Part shown: positions 26,501 through 39,841 of the stretch, piece by piece
How the letters are laid out: every line of letters starts with the position of its first letter
Position numbering within the stretch: the stretch's first letter is position 1
Made by a program: the position numbers and the translations under genes
Source of the DNA: Botryllus schlosseri
Taxonomy: Eukaryota
Length of the DNA stretch: 64,000 nucleotides
Assembly: GCA_051294905.1 (NCBI GenBank)
Contig: CM119376.1
Span: 28,148,001 to 28,212,000 of the forward strand
Reading direction: 5' to 3'
The notes under the pieces: model-generated
Database searches by the model: none
What the model saw: the letters and a program-made list of their open reading frames with translations, nothing else
Told to the model about the DNA's origin: nothing

Positions 26501-29500
26501 ATCTTTCATACTGCTGTGACGTCATACCAAGTGATAGTCGAATTATTGACTCCACTCAAAGCTTGATGGTTGATTCAAAATCGAACCACGCTGATATTCG
26601 ATTTTGCCAGCCCCAATTAGAGCGGATGGAAGTCATGACATGTAGTGATACAGAAAGCGCGAAGTGTGAATATTTATTTCAAGTCGAATATATCTGCTAA
26701 AAATATAGTTACTTGACAATGATGTAAGAAATAGTTTTTGGCTCCATCAAGCTTCAATTGGAGTGTTTGCGGTGCGAGAGGTTTGGTCCTTGGTTCGAGC
26801 CAATTGTTAACTAATAGATCTTTCCTTCGACGCCCGTACTTTCTACAGTTCAGTGTGAAGTGAGGAAGCCTATGTCTTCCTACGACTTCGTTTCTTGGAT
26901 TCCATCCCCGTGTCGATGTTTGCTTGAAACCCCTAGACGTTTTCCGTTCCGACCAGAAGTTTTTTGGCGACAGAGCAGCATTTCTAACAGATTTCACAGC
27001 ACAGCATTATTTTGGAATTGTAAATGACATTATGTCGTGACGGTCTTCGCTTTGAAAAAATAACAATAGGTCCATACTAGGGGTCGGGAATCTTTTTCGA
27101 CCGAAGAGCCATATTGGTCCAATATTTTCAATTGTAACTCCCAAAGAGCCATATATGTCAATCAACTGTTGCGCCACAATTGAAGATCCGTGACGTTTGT
27201 TAGCACTAATATACGGTATTCATAGTGTGCGCCATATTTTTTCTGCCACAGGCGTAGGTGGGGCCAAACATGGTCACTACAGCAGTACATACCCACTGCA
27301 GGGTGTGATACGTCAGTGGCGTGGGGTTAGGTGAGTCAAATGAGGCAGTGCCTCAGATGTCGTCAGGGATGAGTTAAGGACAATTGTAAAACCTTCAATG
27401 ATGATTATTGGCATTTTCTATCGATGATTATTATGAATGACTAGATTTTGAACATTTTTTGTTCCCAAAATCACGTGATTTTCATATTTATTGTTCGAAA
27501 ATAAAGCGCGAAAGGAGAGGTAAGGCACAGACGAGGCATAGACGGGCAAAGCCTTACTTGTGATAGCGCAACTCATCGTAAATATCTTAGAATTTATATT
27601 AACCGATATTAATCAAATGTACTTGTCGCACTGATTCCGAAAATCTAAGCATTGATCGACTTCTAAAGTATTCGATGTAACGTATCGCTGCGCTACACAC
27701 CTACATTTTTACCGCGGAGCTAGAAAGCTATTTACCCATCAAGAACATGGATAACTATGTCGTTTTGTTATAATTTGAAATTGTGAATGTTACTTCCAAG
27801 GCAGATTATTTCTCGGCGTAGATCAGCAAGAAAATGTGTATTTGAAAACTGCATTGTCCTACAAGCGTCGCCATGTCTGCCATTATATTTTTTCAATCAA
27901 GGTATCGTGCAATCCAAGATTTCGAGGCGCGTGATGGTGGGTAAATCGAATTTCCGAGTGGTGTTAGTCGCCGGCGCGATAGTAACTTAAATTTGGAAAT
28001 TTTTAAAAGAGGGTGGTCCGAGCCCTTAACCCTGGATACTCAGAGGTGGTCAAAGTAGTCAAGAAAGCTACTCAAGTAGAAGTAGAAGTAGCGACGAAAA
28101 AATATACTCAAGTACCAGTAGAAGTACTTCTTCCATAAGGCACCTGAAAATACGTGAAGTAGAAGTAGATTTGATTGACTTTAAATCTACTCAAGTAAGT
28201 AAGTAGTTTTGATAACAGTCTTAATTCGTTCGCATGGACCGTCAAAAGCTGCAAATTAAGCTATGCCGAAGGTGCAGAGAACTTGATGCGTATTGATGCA
28301 TCCCGGGAGGTATCGATTTTCGGTAGAATAAGCATTCTTTCGCATCATATGGGATGCAAATTATGGTATTGATATGAAAATGCGATACTAACCCCGTTTT
28401 GGAGAATATCATGGCATGGCGCCCTACCCCATATTATAACGCCCCAAGATTAGGCGAAGAGCAATACGAAGAAGTTGTATCGGATACGGTTTCAACACTT
28501 CTCGCGATACGTTAATAACAAATATTGTGGATCGTAAAATTTATATTTAGTGTAGCTTTATTTTCGGAAAATAGAGGCATCACTACACTTGCTTTTATGC
28601 TTCAACAAGTATGTTCTGCAGACAAAAGAACTGTAAGTAATTAGAACTCAAAGTATGATACTTGCAATTGAAAGTGAAATACAAATACCACTTCTAAAAA
28701 GCGACAATGCGGTGTGAACGGAACTAAGCAATCCGGTACCTAAATTATATTCACTGATACTTTCGTGAAAACTTATATGTCACTCCATAACTGCTGCGCG
28801 CGAAGCGTAACAAAATTTATGGGCTTTACTTCACATTTATGAATATTAAATGTTGGTACTCCGTGAAAACAGCCCCGAAATCTTTTGTATTGGGGATTTA
28901 ACTACTTCTACTTGACAAACTTAAAATAGCGAAAAGTAAATAAGTAGAGAATTAAATATTGCGAAGTAGAAGTAGAAGTAGAGAAAATCAGATCTACTTG
29001 AGTAAGTATCCGAAGTAGAGAAAAACTACTTGAGTTCTTCCAAAAAGTAGAAGTACTTCGTTACTGATCCACCTCTGTGGATACCCCACTGTGTCTTGAC
29101 CTCTCAAAGACATGCTCATGCTGCCACGAGAATAATTATTCTGGCAGACATGAAAATTTACTAATAGGTTGCTGCAATATTGATGAATAAAGTACAAAAT
29201 TAAAAATTTCTCAAAGAGCCATATCTTATACCCAAGAGAGCCATATATGGCTCGCGAGATATAGGTTCCCGACCACTGGTCTATACAAATATTTGTTCTC
29301 ATTTAGCAAGAAGCCTTATGGTCTCAAAGTAACGCGTTATTATTTGTTGAACTAGGAATGAGTTTAAATGTGCTGAAACTTTCAAGTTTAAAGAACGGCC
29401 ACAATCCGACTAATACTACGATTTTAAATGTCATAGTTGCGTCGTACCATGCATATACCGACGCTGGATAGTGACAGATACCGGACCTTGCACCGATCAG

Positions 29501-32500
29501 AATATGTCCACGAATTGGGAGTAACTGGTGAATGCGCGTAGTAGGGGCTAGCTCGCGCTGTTATTGTTTAGCTGTCAAGCATCTGCACGGAGCACGCAGT
29601 GAGACACAACTTCATGGAGAAATATAATACTTCCCTATGAGGCCATGCCATATATTGGTATTTGATTTAGCTTATCGTCAGGTACGCTTGAGCCGAAGCC
29701 CAAGTCAGGAAATAGAATGTATTAGACACTATAATCGCTAAAATATGTATATGCTACGCACTATACCATTGCACATGATTATTTTTGACAAATCAATCAA
29801 CTGAAAACATTTTCTCGCTGCGCGCCATTTACCTCCAGCTGATAGTTGTTGCTCTGTGTATTGTCCAAATTTCATATTTGAGAAGTCTCTCAAGAGTCAT
29901 AACCTTATATGCCAACAAACTTTGCGTTACGTTTGATGCAAACATTTTTGTCGCTTTTATTTAAATAATTGGATATACTATTCAATTGTATATTGAAGTT
30001 CTGTACCTCAAAGAAGCTGTTTTTTAATAGTTTTTTTTTGATATGGCGATAAGGGGGTTCGACATCTTCCACTATAACCAAGGGGGTAGGGGATTGTCTA
30101 AAAAAGTTTGAGTACCACGGAGCTATACTATCACACGCTATGATACGATAACGGCGAGTTCGACTGTGATGACAATTACCGAGTCCGCAATCTCCCCTTA
30201 ATACGAAACGTATTCACTATTCACCAAGCATGTTACCAACCAGTGCATCGGGAGATGCTAATCACTCCATTTCGGGATTATTGATCGATTTCTTGATGAT
30301 TTAACAAAGATGTCTGATGATGATGATTTGAAGGAGACTTCATGGAAATGAAATAATTGGAACTGCTATTTGACAAATCAACGTTAAAAGTTGTTGTGCG
30401 TGTTGCTATGAAGTGGCAGTGTTGAATTCCCTGTTCATGACTTATTAGCCTACTGCAAGTAGTTGCTCTTCGACCATGGTGCATATCAATTATAAGTACA
30501 AAAATCGTCTGCAACTGAAAGTTCAGCCTCGAGTACTATCGAATTATCGTTTGAGCTACTTTTATCAATGAAGTAGCAATAAATATCGCTTGGATAAGGG
30601 ACAAAGAACATACCTGACCTGTAATTGTTGTTTGCGATAATTGCATTGTTTGTGTGAAATACCGGTTTAACGATTGATTGATATATAAAAGTAATTTAAT
30701 TTCACGATATATATCTGGAAAATTCAATCGGGATTGTATGGGGGTACGAAGAGGACTCTGACCTGACCACGGGGTAGACTATGAGCAGCAAAAAAGGTTG
30801 GACCGGCCGGCGATTGAACCCACGACCTACCGATCAAGATTTCGGGCACTCTACCATTATGCCATCCTCTCTGTTCAGTCGAATTACAAACACAGTGCTA
30901 TCTGTTCTTATAGCTTAGGGTTACCATACGTCCTCATTTAGGAGGATTTGCCCTCTTTTTCAGGTTTTTGAAAATGTCCTCCGAGAACGCCTAAATGTCC
31001 ACCTTTTTGGGAATTCGTCATCCTTTACAGCTTCTAGAGCTAAGATAGTGAATAAATTCGAGTGAAAATGGGCATAAATGACGCTAAATAAGAAACTCGA
31101 ACGATACTGACGACCTTTTTTTCTTTTTCTTTTTAGTCAACCGACCACGAAGTGGGAACAATTTACCATTTTTCAGGATTTACCTTCGATATTCCAAGTT
31201 TGAAAATGTTGAAAAAGTGTCCTCCTTTCCCGATTCCAAAAAATGGTAACCCTATTATAGCTGTCAACTGTCATTCTTGAAAGTTCAGAATCACGCATTG
31301 TACTACATGTATGTGATAACTCGTGATCATTTCACATGCAGACTGCAACCTGACATACTTTGAAGAGGCTGACGCGGCCGACCAATCAGATTGTGGATAC
31401 ATGTGCAGTCGCATATTTCAATGCCACAACCTCAATATTTCAACATTTCAAGCGACATGTCAGGAAGATGCAACGTGGGGTGCCATCTCACAACCAGATG
31501 AGAAGCGATGTAAATGTATGTTGTTTCATTCATTTGTTTACTATTATAGGCACCTAAATATATTTATCAACGGTTTCTTGCTGGACGTGGGCTTTTCAGG
31601 GGCAGTTAGTGGTCTTAAGTATGATCAATAGATAATTAATGATGATGATGATGTGTAATCACCTGCATTTTACTCGTGCACCCAGAATAAATACATTTTT
31701 ATCTTTCCAGGTCGTTATTATTGTTGAACACTGCTGGTTCTTATTGCTATCACTGTAGATATTATCTCGATATTTATAAATGTAATTGTCATGTATTGTT
31801 TGAATGTATTGCGGTAACGATCACCAACTTAACATTTTTTCTTTGACGACTGTCCGTTAGACGCCTATTTGACTACCAATCGCCGCTGAAAGTAATCATC
31901 AGTGGTAGCCCTACGATGGAGCCACCAGAGCCACCTCTAGAGCCTATATTATTGATAACTTACCATAACTGCACCCTGTCAACTTGATTTTTACATCATG
32001 AATCATGATGCACGATGCAATTAACAATGAGCCAATAAATGTTGGCCATAAAATTGTCATTACAAAAGGATGGGTTTCGATTTCGAACCACATTGGATTA
32101 AAGTATTGTTTTGTAACTTACGTATACACACGTGCTTACTTGCCTACGCCCATGTGCCTACTGGTAGGGTTACCATATGTCCTCTTTTAAGAGGATTTGT
32201 CCTCTTTTTCGAAATTTTTGAAAGTGTCCCCAGAGGATGCCTAAAAGTCCTCTTTTTTGAAAATCATGGTTATATGTATGTTAAACTTCAACTGAAATAT
32301 AGGAAATTAGTACTCAAGTTACGTCCCGGTTCAATAAAAGTGTGTAATTCTGGAGTCGAATAGGAAAAATGACCTTTTTTAGTCAACCAACTGGAACCTC
32401 CCAATAGATTTACTAATTTTTCCCTATTTTACTCGGTAATGTAAGTCTGAAAAAATTCTCAAAATATGGTGACCCTAGTCTATATGTTCTCCTTTTTGGA

Positions 32501-35500
32501 AATTCATTCTCCTTTACGGCTTTGACAGCTAGGCTAATGGTCAGAGACAATAAAAAACAGGCGTAATTGACACGGAATACGCAATGCGGACGTTCGAGCG
32601 GGTCATTCGGTATTCGAAGCGGAGTGATGACCTTTTTTATATTTTTTTAGTCAACACAAGATTTTCAAAATCAACTGTTTTGAATTTCGTTAAACCAACT
32701 TTTATGACTTGATAAAAGTGACTTTCTTTCCCGATTCCAAAGAATGGTAAGTTTACATATACGTTGCTTCGTATATATACCATTTGTGCTTGACAAGAAT
32801 CATTTGGATTAAGTTGTGTTTGATTTATACCGAGGTATAATTCTGAGGTAGGTTGTGTTTTCTTATAACACCTTTAGGGCGTGAATACACTCTATTCTCG
32901 TTAAGAATACAGTGTCGATTGAAACCACAATATCCACTTACAGCCGAAAACGCATGCGAAAACCAGGTCTGCTTTAACGGCGGCACTTGTCAAGAACGAG
33001 GGGAAAGTTACGACTGCCTGTGCACACCCGCTTACGACCAGCCAGACTGCAAAAACGGTATCCATACTCAGCCGTGTGGTTGCGTTTACTTACCATCATA
33101 GCTTTGCAGTGAAAGATTGGTGTACTATGGACGGGACTAAAGACACTTGCAAAGAAAACTCGAAATGCAGGAACGACCCCACGTTACTTCGCGGCGTGTG
33201 CGATTGCGACATCGGCTTCCGGGGTGATGGCACAATAGGATGCGTTCGTAAGCTCTGAAATATCGGTGCGCAGAGATTGTAAAATTACTGATGAAGAATA
33301 TCTTCGTTTCAAGGATATTGTAACGCAAATAACGTCAGCGCATTTCACTTCGAGCTATCGGACGTTGGGACCACCGCCTACTCGTTGCAAAAGAAGTGCC
33401 GTTAGTACCAATTCAGAAAAAATACATTGGATACTGCATGAAATATACACAGTGCAAACTTATCTATACATTTTAATAATATATTCATTCTGTCAAATAT
33501 ACCCATTCCTATAAATATATATCGCGGGGGTGGAGTAGCTTCTGTTTTCGTGTCACACCTCAAGAAGGTGCAAAAAGGTGCACTCAATATACATGGGTGA
33601 AAAAGAGGTGTGCTTACCAAATTTCTACCATATTATAGGGCGTAATTCAACCTATCCGTATTTCTGGTGCCAAATTTTGGTAAGTACATGAACATAACAT
33701 GCAAATACAAATATAATTTCATGAAGCGAAAAATAGATAACCCAAATTTTATGAATACTAAACTCCGTGTCAGTACCGGTATCTCTCTCTCTCTATCTCC
33801 TTGGAAGAACATAATACTTCTGCTTGACAAATTGCAAATAGTGATAAGTAAGACACGACATATGGCGAAATAGAAGTCAAAATTGCGGAAAATTTGATTT
33901 ACTTGAGTAAGTGCTGAAAGTACTTGAAAATGACGTTTACCTGATCCTCTCTTCGCATATGTCAGTGACGTATTCGGAAACTGTCAATATCAGTGACGTA
34001 TTCGGAAAAATTTTAATTATGCTTGGAACTTTTGTTCGTTTCCAGCCGATGGCCACTATGTAGCTTTTGCTCTATGTAAAGTCAACGACGCCGGAGAAGC
34101 TAACTTTGTCGACTTTACCTTCATTTTGTGCAACGCAACCATCAACAGCGTCATCCCTACTGTAAGCGTGAATAGCGCGTATTTTGATCAGAAGGCCAAA
34201 GCTTGTATTAGCTTTGCAGGAGCAAGTCCCGAACAACGCATCGTCGGAACAGCTTAAGACAGATACCGCTAAAATCCAGCTTCTCACGTCCAACAGTGAG
34301 ACGAAATTAGTTAAAGAGGATGTGGAAAAGATTTCGGATTTCGTGGAGGGCGTCAGTGAGGCGGCGGCAGCACAGAAAACGGTCAGTTTGTGGCGCCTCT
34401 TTTTAAATTGCTCTCCCGCTTCTAATTAGGGCTCCACCAAATCCCCTGCGAGACGCGATTCTGAATTGACTTTCAGACTTCGAGTAAAGTTGAATCATGG
34501 GAAGTTCACATATGCGACCACAAAGAAAGCAATTCTAATTCTCCACCACGGCAAAGAAAGTTCGGGATTTCTTCGAACTTATCTATCATTGCACTTCTGA
34601 AAATGCTGTGGTTCGATAATAGACTTACAGAAATGTAATTCGCACTAACATGCGTATCTTTGCTGGATGCTATTATTATTAATGATTGAGGCTTCACGGA
34701 TTCCACGGTTAGAAAAAGTAGAGAAACTACAAATCTCTTCGCAATGAAACTATATATCAGTGAAAAGGGGCGTATTATTTCGGTACTCCAAAAAGTCATT
34801 TCCCATTTCTCGACTAGAGTCATGACAATTAATACTCGATTCATATTCGAGTAATCGATTCTGTCCTAATAATGCACAGACGCGGTCGTGCCTCTGTACA
34901 GTGTACAGACTATAAGATGATGTGTGTTTTTTGATTAATTGGATATTCCAAGTCCATTCCTTCCTATCTCTTCATTGTATCACAATTTAGTGGACCTTTG
35001 AATTGATGACAATATATTGACACCAAACTGAAGATACTCAGTCAATGACAACATAGGTCGCCTCGTCCTCGAAAGCGAAATTATATACGCCCATGTACAA
35101 AGAGTAATTTTACTGGATCGTCGATCGCATTTGTGATGCAGTTGATTAAGAATACTGGGTCCTATTTCTGAGATCTCCATTAAAAAAGAAAATGCAGTAA
35201 TCATTGTGTTTGATTACGATCACCACGATGTGCGCTTCTTTTGCGAATGAGTTCTGCGACCCAACGCAAGGACAATCCAGCAGACGTTACTGATCGTCTG
35301 GTGGAAATCATCTCTAAAAGCAAAGCATAAAAAACATATTTTAAAAAAGGCCCATGTTTGTTTTAAATGCAACCAACACCGTTACGAATCCAAATGTAAG
35401 CAGGCGTCCCTTGGATGAGTACGCTACATTTCATTTTCATGTTACGCGAAAGCCATAAGATAGAATACCACCAGTAAACCAACATCGGTGCTGCGACCAG

Positions 35501-38500
35501 TTCTGTTCTAACTATTTTACAACATTGTGGGAGTGATATTTATCTCGCTATCCCTGTGTTTGTGCATTGCGGATACAACCTCTGCAAAATATGCATGCAC
35601 AGTATTCGGTATTAGATAGGAATGATCGATACGACCGTGGAGGTCATCTAGTCTGATCGCACCAGCATCAGACAGGTACATTTGACTTCATGCAATCTGG
35701 CTGTAAAAAATGTTGGTTTAAAAAGGAAAAGAAAAAGAAAAAGTAAACGATGGTAGCAAATGATCAATGAAGCAACGTCTGGGCACACACACATCCACAT
35801 CCACATCCACATACACACACACTTACACAAATATGTCACATTAGTGATACCAGAATACGGGAACCGACGTCAAATATACTCGATTCGGAATCCTATCGCT
35901 CAAGGATTGGATTTCGCCCAGTACTACTCGCAGTATAGCCACCAACCTGATGCCCGCTGGCACCATGTCACCCGCAAGGACAAGATGAGTCGCCGTTGGT
36001 GGTAGTAGCAAATATTGAAATGATAGCTTTGAAGGTCGAAGTGGAGAAAGTTTTCATGTGAACAGCAGTTGAGCGTGGATCAGTTGACTGTGAGGAACGT
36101 GCGAACCAAGTTTTCAACAGAGGTGATCAAAGTAGTCAAGAAAGCTACTCAAGTAGAAGTAGAAGTAGTGACGAAAAGATCTACTCAAGCACGAGTAGAA
36201 GTACTTATTCCATGAGCAACCTAAAACTACTTGAAGTAGAAGTAGAATTGACTGACTTTAAATCTACTCAAGTAAGTAAGTAATTGTGAAAACGATCGTA
36301 AATCGTTCGCGTGGACTGTCAAAATTTCAAATTGAGCTATGCGAAAGGTGCAGAGCTTGATTCATATTGATGCATACCAGGAGGTATTCAATTTTCGAGA
36401 GCATAAGCATTCCTCCACATCATGGGATGAAAATGATAGTATTGATATGGAAATGCGACGCTAATCCTCTGTTTACTCGAACAGCCCGTTTTAGGAAATA
36501 TCATGGTACGGTGCCCTCCCCCATATTATAAGGCCTGTAGTTTAGTCGAAGGGCAATACAGAGAAGTTGTATCAGATGGGGTGTAAACACTTTGCGCGAT
36601 TAGTTAACGTTAATAAAAAATATGGTGGATCGTAAAAATGCCATATTGTGTAGCTTTATTTCCGGAAATTAAAGGTATTACTACACTTGCTTTTATACTT
36701 CGGCAGGTATGTTCTACAGACAAAAGAACTGAACCTAATTTGAACTCTAAGTAATGATACTGCGAATTGAACTAGAAGTAACAGTACTACTTCAAAAAAG
36801 TGGAAAATGTTGTTTGCGAGTCCGCATGTTTTTTCTATCGTTTTATTTGATGACGTTTTTAGCGGAATCAATTCGTAATATTTGTATTCGCTTTTTCTGA
36901 TCATTGTAATTGTTCTCTTATAGTCGATTTGATTGGTTGATTACTATTGAATTATATTTTAACTTGTTCTATAAATTGCCCTCGTTACTGTTATCTCGCT
37001 CTTCATTCCATCGAGCAACGGACGGGCGAGCACTGTTGCGAATCTCGCTGGCATGAGCATCTTAGTATTCTCAAATGAAAACCTAAGTTAACATTATTTA
37101 TTATTCGATTTGAGTTGCTTGATTTTGATTGAATACAAGACTGATACGCAAGGTTTGCAGAGTCCAAAAACATATTCAGCTGAGCATTCGACGCCTGACG
37201 AATCGGCACTCATTGAGATTGGAGTGTCGCGTGTAAACCATTGTATTTCATGTCTTTTGTCGAGACAATTTTAACGGTGGTCTGCTAAAACTGGTCTAAC
37301 GCTCAAAAAAGTCAGAGCCCACTTTTTCAGATGGGAACACGCCATGGACTGCTACATTACGATAGCATGGGTAAATGCTAGATTGTTAAACGGTAGTTTC
37401 AAACGTTATGATGGGTCATAATTACTGTGGTGACGTATGTCATATGGTCGACAATGCGGTGCAAAGGGTACCACGCAACCTGCTACCTGAATAATATTCA
37501 GTTTCGTGAAAACATATTTGTAACTCCATATCTACTTTGTGTGAAGCGCGATGGAAATTCTGGGTTTGACTTCAATTTTCTTAATACTGAAAGTTTCAAC
37601 TCCGTGAAAACAGCACGAGAATCCCCCAGTTTCTCTTTCTAATTGGAGGGTTACACTACTTTTACTTGACAAACTGAAAATAGCGAAAAGTAAGTAGATC
37701 ACAAAATATTACGAAGTCGAAGTAGAGAAAACTCTATCGACTTGAGTAAGTACCAGAAGTAGAGGAAAACTACTTGAGTACTTCGAAAAAGTAGAAGTAC
37801 TTCGTTACTGACCACCTCTGGTTTTCAATTGGGGGCGTTGCTCGTCTTGGCCCCCGCAGAGACTCAAAGGGAATCCTGGTTAATATTTCCGGGACTCGAC
37901 TGGAAGATTGGTGCTTCGATGCCTAGTGCGCCCGTCACATTACGCTATCCTTGTGGTTTCAAAAAGGTTGGTGATCCCAGCCTAATTTATAGTTATACAC
38001 CGGGTTGCTTAGATTTGTTACGTACGCTCAGGCACGTAAATTTTGTAAATACCAGTTCTGCATGTGTGCAGGTTTCTGCGGACGTTCTCGGGAATGTGGT
38101 TAACATCGTTGACAATTTGGTGCGATCTGATTCATTGTCAATCACCGGAACTTCGACTACCACCACGAAGCCCCCACCAGTTAGCGGCGGACCGAGTACT
38201 ATCTCGACTACGGCTGTACCTGTATTATCCGCGAGGGAACAAGAAAAACAAGTAAAAAGGCGAATATTACAGTCAATTAACAAATTGGCGAATAGCGTGG
38301 AAATTCCCGAGAATGAAACATCAGTCAATTTCACGACAGCGTCTATGTTGGTGACGGTAAGTTTGAAATCTGGGGTCACAGTGATATGCAAGAATATATA
38401 AGCATACCGTGAACTAGTTGGTTACTAAACGAGGACCAGATACGCGTCCTCAATGCGCAATTGGTTAATGGTCAAAGTACTTCATCCATGTTACCCAATG

Positions 38501-39788
38501 CTGTGATATTTTAACGATCATATGCTCTTCGAGACGGACCAAGACTGTTTCGAGCATTGATCAAAAAATTGGTCTCTTGCAAATAGTTCCAGGAAGTCGT
38601 TCGAAAACTGAAATCCCAATAACCAGACGGGGGTCGCGAAGGCTTCAACGGAGGTGCTTCGAAAACGTTGATTTATGATTTGCAAAATCGCACACATTTC
38701 ACTCAATTTAGGAAGTGTTCCAAGCACCGTAATAAATTATTTATTACCAAAAATAATTTAATACTACTCCAAGTCATTTCGACAACTTCCTATCTTTTCA
38801 CGGTACCGCAATCTTGAGGTGTATTGATCTGATCAAATTGTAAATAAACTGAACTTATAACTGAAGCCGTTTACGATAATTTCAACAGATTTAATTGGCT
38901 AGGGGTAGTCGAGATTAAAAACATAAATATTATTCGACTTCAATCTAGGTGGACATGAATATGGTCACGTTGTTATTTTCAATGCTGCAATGCAACACCA
39001 CAACTTTACTCACATGACAATAGTTGTCTAATATAACAACCTGATAACTAAATAACTAACGAAATAATTAACTATTGAATTTCGCAACTGACCCGCAATT
39101 GCGAACAAAGAATATAATATGTGTGATTTGGGAATCGTTTTCTGCTCCGGTGTCAGCAGACATCTATTGTTCGGTAGCTATATATGGTTTGCTCGTGTTC
39201 ACTCAGGCTGTGAGTATTGAAATTACCGATGCATTGCTGTTTCTGCTCAGGTGACTAAGACGCCTGTAAACCAACCCGTCTGGTTCTCACCAGTTTATGC
39301 GGATGTCACTACTCACAATCGCACTCGCGTTAGTCAACGGCCTGTCAGCATCTCGATACCGACTGCTGCGTTGAAAAAGGCGAAAGACAAAAACGGCTTA
39401 GCAAAACTGTCGTTCTTTCTGTACTTCGACAGCACTTTATTCCCATCGGACTCGTATAGTCCCGGTCTGGTGAGTATATGACGGTTGATTGTTGTTTTCT
39501 TTCATTTTATATGTTACAATAATATTACCACTGTGCACATGAGTCAAATGTTATTTTCTGATCATACTGTTAACAATGATAACCGTTCTTCACTAGTGTT
39601 GCTGTCTTTTATTTACTTTTTTTTATTTCGTTACTCTTTGCTGTGCTACTCGACTTCGGTCATATCGGATCTCCCAGTCTATACCGCGTAGAATATAGTT
39701 AGGAATAGATATTTTTTTAAATGTGTACTATTAGACGTGAATGTTTGTGGATATTGCCTACACTATATTTCATGCTTGACGAATAAAA

Positions 39789-39841
<53 letters not shown>

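Noticed and set aside
30790-30871. Functional tRNA gene
   Set aside because: The acceptor and T stems do not base-pair.
31711-31830. Extra exon after the strong acceptor tttccag at ~31710
   Set aside because: An in-frame TGA follows within five codons in the required phase.
35996-36094. Functional rDNA
   Set aside because: It is only ~99 bp, with many substitutions at conserved positions and no flanking rRNA.
37829-38401. 190-aa ORF as a standalone gene
   Set aside because: Only 38072-38356 is bounded by splice sites and GAIN-like. The rest is intronic read-through.
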